Source of the DNA: Chloroflexota bacterium
GTDB taxonomy: Bacteria > Chloroflexota > Limnocylindria > QHBO01
DNA length: 64,000 bases
Direction of reading: 5' to 3'
Assembly: GCA_003243965.1 (NCBI GenBank)
Contig: QHBO01000045.1
Location: 38,552-102,551 of the forward strand
Shown here: positions 37,131-45,270 of the stretch, in pieces
Numbering within the stretch: the first letter of the stretch is position 1
How the letters are laid out: each line of letters opens with the position of its first letter
Made by a program: the position numbers and the translations under genes
Notes under the pieces: model-generated
What the model was told of the DNA's origin: nothing
What the model saw: the letters and a program-made list of their open reading frames with translations, nothing else
Databases searched by the model: none

Positions 37131-37571
37131 ATGCAGGTGACCTTCCAGCGGAGACAGCACCCCCGGGTGGCGGAGCATGCCAAGCAGAGCCCACCAACGA
37201 CCGCGGACGAGCACGCCGGCATCAACGGCAAGATCGCACTGACGCTCACCGGCGTGGTCGGCACCATGTGGTGCGCCTACGCCTTTGCCCTTCTCGCGCT
37301 GCTCGTGCTGCCACAGGCGATCAACGGCGGGTTGCTGACGCTGGTGCAGTGGATCAGCCAGACCTTCATTCAGCTGGTGATGCTGTCGGTCATCATGGTC
37401 GGGCAGAACATCCTTGGCCGGGCCTCCGACAAGCGGGCGGTGATGACCTACGCCGATGCGGAAGCGACCTTCCACGAGGCGGAGCAGATCCAGGCGCACC
37501 TGCAGCAGCAGGACCTCGCCATCAACGCGTTGCTCGAGAAGATCGAGAAGCTGGAGACGTCCGCGCGGTGA
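37131..37571 (+). CDS. DUF1003-like membrane protein
   Basis: GAGGAG RBS; VGTMWCAY and QTFIQLVMLSVIMVGQN motifs; coiled-coil tail. Confidence 0.75.
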   Translation: MQVTFQRRQHPRVAEHAKQSPPTTADEHAGINGKIALTLTGVVGTMWCAYAFALLALLVLPQAINGGLLTLVQWISQTFIQLVMLSVIMVGQNILGRASDKRAVMTYADAEATFHEAEQIQAHLQQQDLAINALLEKIEKLETSAR

Positions 37572-37884
37572 GGAGCGCCTCGTCCGCCAGCTGCGGCCAG
37601 CCCGAAGCGGCCTGTAGCGGGACCTGCACCCACGCCTTCATCGGCCGTCCCCTTCCGGACGGGTCGAACAGCGCCGCCCCCGGCAGCCCGAGCGCGTCGG
37701 TATGCGCATCGCCGTCGAGCTTGAAGACCATCGCGTCCCCGAACAGGCCGACGAACGCCTTGCCGCCGATGTAAAGGGTAGGCATCCCCATCATCTGGCC
37801 GCGCGCTGCCCCGTCCGCGACGAGGCGGTCGGCGATCGTGTCGTACGCGCGGCGCGCCGCCTCCGAGACGCTCGGGCGGTCCAC
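37522..37884 (-). CDS. TfoX-N-like small protein
   Basis: GQMMGMP.L..GGKAF...MVFKL and FDPSG.GRPMK.WV motifs; convergent 3' overlap with the previous gene. Confidence 0.7.
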   Translation of the reverse strand: MDRPSVSEAARRAYDTIADRLVADGAARGQMMGMPTLYIGGKAFVGLFGDAMVFKLDGDAHTDALGLPGAALFDPSGRGRPMKAWVQVPLQAASGWPQLADEALLTARTSPASRSSRATR

Positions 37885-37886
37885 CC

Positions 37887-38315
37887 TCAGCCTTCCAGGA
37901 CGCCCTTGAGGTTGTCGAGCGTCCTCACCTCGGAGTCCATCGTCCTCTGGACCGCGCCGCCCATGAGCAGCTTCCGCAGACCGGTGAGCTGCGCGTCCAA
38001 CGAGAACGTGAGTCGCGTGCCGCCGTCGACCGCCTCGAAATCGTAGCGACCGTGGGGACGGGCAGGCCCGGTCACGGTCTGGAACTCGAGCCGCTGATTC
38101 GGCTCGAAGACCGTGATCTCGTAGTCCGCCGAGATGCGCCGGCCCATCGGTCCCTTCACCCCCTGCGCATAGTGCGCCCCCACGCCGTCGCCGGCCACGC
38201 GATGGACGTCGACGACGCCGGGGCGCCACTGCGGGCAGTTCTCACCATCCGCCACGAACGCGAAGACCGCGTCGACCGGACGCTGAATGACGAGCGAGTA
38301 GGTGGCCTGTGGCAT
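37887..38315 (-). CDS. SRPBCC/polyketide cyclase-like protein
   Basis: I.RPVDAVFAFVAD..N.PQW, ITVFEPN, GGTRLT and C-terminal L.NLK..LE. Confidence 0.85.
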   Translation of the reverse strand: MPQATYSLVIQRPVDAVFAFVADGENCPQWRPGVVDVHRVAGDGVGAHYAQGVKGPMGRRISADYEITVFEPNQRLEFQTVTGPARPHGRYDFEAVDGGTRLTFSLDAQLTGLRKLLMGGAVQRTMDSEVRTLDNLKGVLEG

Positions 38316-38378
38316 GTTGGTCCGCCTCTGGTGGAGCTCGCCGAGGAGCGCTCAAGTCCCCCTGCGATCGCGAAGAGC

Positions 38379-38723
38379 TCAGTAGCTCCGCCGCTGCGTG
38401 CTGAAGCAGTCGCTGCAGTAGACCGGCTTCGCGCCGCTCGGGCGGAACGGGACCTGGGCCTCGCGACCGCAGCTCGCGCACGTCGCGCTGAACATCTCGC
38501 GCGGTCCGCGATCGTAGCCGCGGCTGGTGCCGTAGTCGCCACCCGCGTAGTTGCTGTTGCCGGAATCCCCACGCGAAGCCTTGCGAATCGCGCGGCATGC
38601 CGGGCAGCGACGCGGCTCGCTGAACTGCCGGTCGGCGTAGAACTGCTGCTCGCTCACGGTGAACGAAAACTCCTGGTTGCAGTCGACGCAGGTGAGCGCC
38701 TTGTCGGTGGTGGCGCTGTACAT
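38379..38723 (-). CDS. Zinc-ribbon (zf-trcl) plus CxxC-x17-CxxC domain protein
   Basis: CVDC...F.F...EQ.FY...P.RCPACR; CASC-x17-CSDC; AGGAGG RBS. Confidence 0.9.
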   Translation of the reverse strand: MYSATTDKALTCVDCNQEFSFTVSEQQFYADRQFSEPRRCPACRAIRKASRGDSGNSNYAGGDYGTSRGYDRGPREMFSATCASCGREAQVPFRPSGAKPVYCSDCFSTQRRSY

Positions 38724-38847
38724 GAAAAACCCTCCTGCTCGTGCGGCCCAGCGAACCTATCTCGCCGTGAACCGATGAGAGGGGGTGATCGTGTTGCCGC
38801 GTTTGTATTTCGGCGCCTGACTCGGGCGCGTCACGACAGTCTAGCAG

Positions 38848-38869
38848 GTGGACCGATTGACCGGTCCAC
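38848..38869. promoter_or_regulatory. Inverted repeat GTGGACCG-N6-CGGTCCAC between divergent promoters
   Basis: Lies between TAGACT (minus, 38838-38843) and TATAAT (plus, 38884-38889). Confidence 0.45.
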
Positions 38870-38895
38870 GCCGAGTGGCTGCCTATAATCGCCCG

Positions 38896-41800
38896 ATGGG
38901 GTCCTGCCCAAGCTGCGGCGCGGCGGTCGCGCCGGGAGCGCGTTATTGCGCGAGCTGCGGCGCGGGGCGGCCTCCACGAACGCGGCCGGCGAGGAGCGCA
39001 AGCTCGTCACCATCCTGTTCGCCGACGTCACGAGCTCCACCGAGCTCGGAGACCAGCTCGATCCCGAGCGGCTGCGCATCCTGCTCCAGCAGTATTTCGC
39101 CGCCATGTCCGCGGTCATCGGCTCGTGGGGCGGCACCATCGAGAAGTACATCGGCGACGCGATCATGGCCGTCTTTGGCGTGCCGCAGGCGCGGGAGGAC
39201 GACGCGGCGCGCGCCCTCCACTCCGCGCTCGAGATGCTCGAGCGCCTGGAGGCGGTGAACCGCGAGCTGCTCGAGCGGCACGGGGTGAAGCTGCGCGTTC
39301 GCATCGGGGTCAACTCGGGCGAGGTGATCGCTCCGATCGCCGCAGCCGAGGCGGGGCAGTTCCTCGTCTCGGGCGACGCGGTCAACGTCGCCGCGCGCCT
39401 GGAGCAGGCCGCCGAGCCCAACACGATCGTGGTCGGTGAGCGCACCTACCTCGCGGCGCGACACGCGTTCACCTTCGGTGAGCCGATGGCGCTCGAGCTG
39501 AGGGGCAAGCCCCGGCCGGTGGCGGCCAGAACCCTTCTTGGCGCGCTTCCGGAGGCGGAACGGGGCCTGCCGGGCCTCCAGGCGTCGATGGTCGGGCGTG
39601 ATCGGGAGCTCGTCTCCCTCCTCTCCGTTCTCGACGACGCGGTCGAGACGGGGCAGCCGCGGCTGGTGGTCATCTACGGCCCGGCCGGCATCGGCAAGAG
39701 CCGACTGGTTCGCGAGCTGGTCGGCGCGGCCGAAGCACGCCCGGGTGGGGTGCGCATCCTGCGCGGCCGCTGCCTGGCGGCGGGCCACGGAATCACCTTC
39801 TGGGCCCTTGGCGAGTGGCTGCGCGCCGCGTGCGATATCTCGCTCCAAGATCCGGTCGAGCTTGACCGCGAGCGCCTGCGGGACGGGGTCAACGCCACAC
39901 TGGCGGCCCTCACGCTGACCCCGCCCGAGGCCGAGGAGACGCTCCACGCGCTGGCCACGACCGCAAACATCGATCTACCCGGAAGCCCGCTCGACGCCCT
40001 GCCGCCGCGCGACGTGGCTGAGGCAATGGCGCGGGCCTGGCCGCGCTTCGCCGCGGGGTTGGCGGCACGCGAGCCCACGGTGCTGATCGTGGAAGATCTG
40101 CACTGGGCAGACGATCAGATGCTCGAGCTGCTCGGTCACGTGGCCAAGCGCGCCCGCGGGCCGATCGTGCTGGTCACCACCGCCCGGCCGGAGTTTGCAG
40201 AGATGCAGGCCGCGTTGGCCGCCAACGCGGAGGCGATCTCGATCTCCCTCCGACCGCTCACCGATCTGCAGAGCCGCGAGCTGGTTGACGAGCTGCTCAA
40301 CGTGGAGCAGTTGCCGGAGCAGCTCCGCGCCGAGATCCTCGCCCGCGCGGAGGGGAACCCGTTCTTCGTGGAGGAGATCCTGCGCCGACTGATCGACGAG
40401 GCGGTGCTGGTGCGCCGCGACGAGCGGTGGGTCGCCACCTCTGCCGCGGCGGAGGTGAAGCTGCCCGACAGCATCCAGGCGCTGCTGGCGGCGCGGATCG
40501 ACGGTCTGCCGGGCGCGGAGAAGCGCCTGCTGCAGGAAGCGGCGGTGGTTGGCCGGGTGTTCTGGCCGGCCGCGCTGCTCGGCGTCACTGACGGGGAGCA
40601 CCGGACGCTCCTCGACAGTTTGGAGCGGCGCGGGCTGGTCGTGGCGCGACCGACGTCGACCCTGCCCGGACAGACTGAATACCTCTTCCGCCATGCCCTC
40701 ATTCGCGACGTCGCCTATGCCAGCGTGCCTCGCGCCCGGCGCGCCAGCGCCCATGCCGACGTGGCCGAGTGGATGGAGCGACTCACCGGCGAGCGAATCG
40801 ACGAGGTCGGTGAGCTGCTCGCCTACCACTACCGTTCGGCCGTCGCCGGCGAGGACGCCGACCTCGCGTGGGTCACCGACCCGGCCCGGCGCGAGGCGAT
40901 CCGCCGGCGGGCGCTCGAGACGCTGCTCCACGCCGGTGCCGACGCCCGCCGCCGATACGCGACCGGCCGCGCGGTGGCGCTTCACGAGCAGGCGCTCGAC
41001 CTTGCGGATGGCCCAGGCGAACGCGCTCGCGTGCTCGAGGAGCTCGGCGATGACCACGACGCGCGGTTCCGCGGCGACGAGGCGCTCGACGCGTACCAGC
41101 GCGCCATCGATGCCGCGCGAGAGGCGGGCACCACCAGCTCCGTGGTCCCGCGGGCCGCCGCCAAGGCGGCCGGCATCGCGCAGCGCTTCGGCGCGTTCCG
41201 CGTCCAGCCGGACCCGGCCCGGCTCGAGGAGCTGGTCGACGAGGGGCTCGAGACGGTGACCGAGGAGCCATTGCGAGCGCGCCTGTTGGCCTCCAGGGCG
41301 AGCATGGTGCAGGTCTGGATGGGCAGCCGCCTCGGGCGCGAAAGCGGAGCGTCGGCCGCCGACCCGATGTCCGCCGAGTATCGAATCGCTGCGGCGGACG
41401 AGGCGCTGCGGATCGCCGCACGACTCGACCTGCCGGAGATCGAGTCCGCTGCGGCGGAGGCGCTGATGGCGCTCTACTGGGCCAACGGCCGGTACGACGA
41501 CTACCAGACGGTGGTCAAAGGCCAGCTGGACCGCGTGTCTCGGCTCCCTTCTGAACGGCAGCGCGCCCAGGTGCGGTTTGCTGCGGCAATGGCCCAGTCG
41601 GAGCGCGGTGCGCTGCGCGATGGTCTGGCCACCGGCCTGGCCGGCCTTGAGATGGCGAGATCGTTGAGCCCCCACGAGATGATGCATGCGAGCTTCTCCG
41701 CCATGCTCCCCGCTTTCCATCTCGGCGAATGGGACCGCGTCCAGGAGCTGTTCGGGCCGCATCTCGAGGCGGAACGCCGCGAAGGCGACGTGCTGTGCAG

Positions 41801-42384
41801 CGCGGTGCGCGGCGGGCCGCTCCTCGGAGCATGCGTGCTTGCCCACCGCGGCGACACCGACGGGGCGCGCAGGCTGGTGCCGCCGGAGAGCTACACGAGC
41901 CAGCGGGCTGCCGCCGCGACCGGAGGCTGCCTGCTGCGCTATGCCGAAGCGATCGGCGATCGCGCGATGGCGGAGGCGTGGCTCGAGAAGCTTGCCGGCC
42001 CGTCGGACAGCCTCGCCGATTGCGCGGCCGAGGTGGCATGTGCTGGCATGGCTGGGCGCCTGGGACCGGCTCCGTGAGCTCCTCCCCCGCCTGCGCGGCT
42101 ATTCGGCCGCGGTCGCCCTGGCGGGCCCGGCTGCGGACCGGGCTGCCGCACGGCTCGCGCAGGCCGACGGCGATCTCGGAGAAGCGACCAGGCTGATGGA
42201 CGCTGCCCTCGCCGGCTTCGCACGCCTGGAGGCGATCTTCGACGTGGCGCGCACCGCCGAGGCGCTGGCCGACCTGGACAGGAGCCGTGCAGCGGCGCTT
42301 CGGTATGAGGCCCTGGCGATCTACGAGCGGCTCGGCGCGGCGCCCCACCGCGACCGGATCCGTGCGGCGGTCGGCGATGCCTGA
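38896..42384 (+). pseudogene. Zinc-ribbon + class III adenylate cyclase + STAND ATPase + TPR-like protein with two frameshifts (pseudogene or sequencing error)
   Basis: MGSCPSCG...YCASCG from ATG 38896 is in a different frame from EERKLVTILFAD (shift ~38965). The TPR-like tail ending at 42384 is shifted again (~42030) and its stop overlaps the next ATG. Confidence 0.8.
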
Positions 42385-43240
42385 GGCTGCGACGGGCGAC
42401 CCCGGCCGCCGGGCATCGACGCGCGCTGATTCCTCCAGCGCGCTGCGGGCGCGCTTTCGGGCTCTGCATGATGACGGCCTGTTCATCATGCCCAACGCAT
42501 GGGATATCGGGTCCGCGCGGCTCCTCGAGTCACTCGGCTTCCAGGCGCTGGCGACCACCAGCTCGGGCCACGCCGCGGCGCTCGGGCGCCCGGACCAGAG
42601 CGTGTCGCGCGACGAGCTGCTGTTCCACGCCGAAGCACTCGCGGGTGCGATCCACGTCCCGCTGAACGTGGACGCCGAACGCTGCTTCGCAGACGATCCG
42701 GCCGGCGTCGCGCGGACCGTCGAGCTCATCGCGCAGACTGGGGCGGCGGGCTGCTCGATCGAGGACTACGACCCGGCTCACGACGCGATCGATCCGTTCG
42801 GAGTTGCGGTGGAGCGCGTGGCCGCCGCCGCGGACGCGGCGCGGCGTCGCGGAGTGATGCTCACCGCGCGCGCCGAAAACCACCTGCATGGCATCCACGA
42901 CCTGGAGGACACGATTGCGCGGCTGTGCGGCTATCGCGATGCGGGCGCGGAGGTGCTCTACGCGCCGGGCCTTACCGATGCGGCAGCCATCCGGCAGCTC
43001 GTGGAACGCGTCGGGGCGCCGGTGAACGTCCTGGCCCTGCGCGCCGGTCCATCGGTCTCGGAGCTCGCCGCGCTGGGGGTGCGGCGGGTATCAACGGGCG
43101 GAGGCCTGGCGCGAGCCGCCTACGGAGCGCTGATCGCCGGCGCGCGGGAGCTCCAGAGCGCGGGAACCAGCACGTATCTGGACGCGGCCATTCCGGGCGG
43201 CGAGCTGGACGAGGCGCTCAGATCCGTTCGGTCAGGCTGA
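42377..43240 (+). CDS. Isocitrate lyase/PEP mutase family protein
   Basis: MPNAWD.GSAR, ATTSSG, VDAE, GCSIED, ARAEN, YAPG and GVRRVSTG motifs. Confidence 0.9.
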   Translation: MPEAATGDPGRRASTRADSSSALRARFRALHDDGLFIMPNAWDIGSARLLESLGFQALATTSSGHAAALGRPDQSVSRDELLFHAEALAGAIHVPLNVDAERCFADDPAGVARTVELIAQTGAAGCSIEDYDPAHDAIDPFGVAVERVAAAADAARRRGVMLTARAENHLHGIHDLEDTIARLCGYRDAGAEVLYAPGLTDAAAIRQLVERVGAPVNVLALRAGPSVSELAALGVRRVSTGGGLARAAYGALIAGARELQSAGTSTYLDAAIPGGELDEALRSVRSG

Positions 43241-43309
43241 GGGTCCGGGGGCGCGCTGCCGCGTCGGTCTCACGGCCCCTCCGATCTCAGCGGGCGGGGA
43301 CGATCAGCG

Positions 43310-43576
43310 CTAGCTGCGACGCAGCCCGCGCCCCCCGGTCGCGAGGTGCACGACGAGCAGGACGCCCGCTGCCCCGAGGGTGGCGATCAGGATACTTTCA
43401 AGATTGAATCCGTTGACGGAGCCGACGTGGAGCACGTTGGCAGCCACGAATCCACCGAGAATGCCGCCCACGATACCGAGGACGATCATCATCACGAGGC
43501 CCTCTCGGCTGCCGACGATCATGCTGGCGAGAAAGCCGGCGACGGCGCCGACCGCGATCCAAGCGATCCATCCCAT
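43310..43576 (-). CDS. GlsB/YeaQ/YmgE (transglycosylase-associated) membrane protein
   Basis: MGWIAWIAVGAVAGFLA...GIVGG..GG...ATLGA; AAGGAG RBS. Confidence 0.9.
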   Translation of the reverse strand: MGWIAWIAVGAVAGFLASMIVGSREGLVMMIVLGIVGGILGGFVAANVLHVGSVNGFNLESILIATLGAAGVLLVVHLATGGRGLRRS

Positions 43577-43690
43577 GTTGCATCCGCTCCTTTTGATTGG
43601 GTGCTTGAGTACAGCAGGTCTGCCTGCTATTGTCAACTGTAGTCACGCGATATCACTATAGGCAACTGCGGACAGCAGTGGGGCCCACCC

Positions 43691-44050
43691 ATGCCAACTT
43701 CCTCCGGCGCCATGCTCCGACAGGCACGAGCGGTGCGAGCGCTATCCCTGACCGATGCTGCTCGCGCCGCGGGCATCTCGCCGGCCTACTTGAGCAGGCT
43801 CGAGAACGACGCAGTCAAGAAGCCCTCGCCACACGTCCTGCATCAGCTGAGCGAAGGGCTGGGGGTGCCCTACGGCGAGCTCATGCGCCTGAGTGGCTAT
43901 CGCCTGCCGGGTCGGCCGGGGCAACACGCAGCAGAAGGTGCGGCCGCGCTGTTCGCCGATCTCACGGACGATGAGCGGGACGAGCTGCTCGAGTATCTGG
44001 CGTGGTACCGGGCCCGCCGGCGCTCACGAGCCCGGGCTCGTGCCGGTTGA
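43691..44050 (+). CDS. XRE-family HTH transcriptional regulator
   Basis: LRQARAVRALSLTDAARAAGISPAYLSRLEN...PS...L..L. Confidence 0.88.
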   Translation: MPTSSGAMLRQARAVRALSLTDAARAAGISPAYLSRLENDAVKKPSPHVLHQLSEGLGVPYGELMRLSGYRLPGRPGQHAAEGAAALFADLTDDERDELLEYLAWYRARRRSRARARAG

Positions 44051-44102
44051 GCGGCCGCGGCGGGGACGCTGTTGCACGCCCCGCTGAGCCGGGCAACCCG
44101 GC

Positions 44103-44534
44103 TCAGCGGACCGGCCAGCGCTGAAGGACGATCTCCGCGTCGGCGGGATCCATCCGATATCCGCGGACGTCCGCGTCCCAGGTGACAAGGTCCCGGCGCG
44201 CGACGCGCCGCATCACCTTGTTGGGGCCCGCCACGATGCCGGCGAACGCGGTGCCCGTCCGCTTGCCGTAGCGGGCGGCGAGATTCGCGTCGAGGAGCAG
44301 CGCGGTGTCGTGCACCGATAGCTCGGCGACCTCGTGGAGCAGCCGACGGCTGTCGGCGCCGCGGATGGCGTTGAGCACCTCTCCGAGCTGGCGCCGCCGC
44401 AGATCGGCGTGGTTGGCCTGGTCCACCTGGTCGGCGACCGATCCATCCGGCTGCCGCCGTGGTCCCATCACCCAGCGCCAGGCGAGGGCCACGAGCGCCT
44501 CCTCCGTCTCGGCCTCGAATTCCACTCTAGGCAC
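44103..44534 (-). CDS. Hypothetical protein, possible winged-helix (DUF6416-like)
   Basis: Helical N-terminal half, then LAARYG...AGIVAGP...W....GYRM beta-hairpin pattern. Resemblance is by eye only. Confidence 0.55.
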   Translation of the reverse strand: MPRVEFEAETEEALVALAWRWVMGPRRQPDGSVADQVDQANHADLRRRQLGEVLNAIRGADSRRLLHEVAELSVHDTALLLDANLAARYGKRTGTAFAGIVAGPNKVMRRVARRDLVTWDADVRGYRMDPADAEIVLQRWPVR

Positions 44535-44559
44535 CTGAAATGTCCTGTACAGCTATGTA

Positions 44560-44596
44560 ACGAATATGGCACGAATATATCACGAGTGGTTTCGTG
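44560..44596. promoter_or_regulatory. Operator-like array: ACGAATAT/ACGAATAT/ACGAGT at 11-bp period plus inverted TTCGTG
   Basis: AT-rich intergenic sequence AACGAATATGGCACGAATATATCACGAGTGGTTTCGTG. Confidence 0.55.
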
Positions 44597-44718
44597 GTAG
44601 ACTTCGTCCTCGGCTGCAAGGCTGCGAACCGTCTGATCCTCTGGCCCCTCGAACGACGGAGAGCCATCGGCAAACCGCTTCGTATCGACTTAGCCGCATC
44701 GGGGGCAGAGGAGTAGAT

Positions 44719-45024
44719 ATGCGTTACGCCAGACTTTCGACATACGACCTGACCAAGGGCAACTTCGCCGAGCTGACCGGCCTCGCCGAGAAGGGCATCC
44801 TGCCGACCTACGCCAAGGTCCCGGGCTTCGTGAACTTCGGGCTCGTCGATGCCGGCGACCACAAGGTCGTGTCGATCAGCGTGTGGGAGACTCACGAGGA
44901 GGCCGAGAACTCGGTCAGCATGGCCGCCACCTGGATCCGGGAGAACATCGCGGACCGTATTCGGCTCGTGACCACCTCCATCGGTGAGTTGGCCCTCTTC
45001 CGCGGTGTCCCCGTCGCCGCCTAA
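44719..45024 (+). CDS. Dimeric alpha-beta barrel (ABM-like) small protein
   Basis: GAGGAG RBS; PGF..F.LVD...SISVWET.EEAE pattern. Confidence 0.75.
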   Translation: MRYARLSTYDLTKGNFAELTGLAEKGILPTYAKVPGFVNFGLVDAGDHKVVSISVWETHEEAENSVSMAATWIRENIADRIRLVTTSIGELALFRGVPVAA

Positions 45025-45270
45025 CCCAACTCGCGCAGGCGCGCCGGTCGGGCCTACCCACCGGCCTCTGCGCTCGCCGCCACCACCGACCGCTCCGGCT
45101 CGCCGCCGGGGCGGTCGCTGCGTCTTCCCCGGGTGACCGCACGGTCGGCGGCCATTCGAAGCCCGGCGCGCAGCCAAGACCGCGACACCGCCTGGTCCGC
45201 AAGCCGCCCGCGGCAACATGCTTGACTCCCCGCGCCTCGGCGGACGATGCTGCGGTGCTGGAGGCGAAGG

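Noticed and set aside
45025..45270. GC hairpins upstream of acs as a riboswitch
   Set aside because: I recognise no aptamer consensus, and such stems are expected at this GC content.
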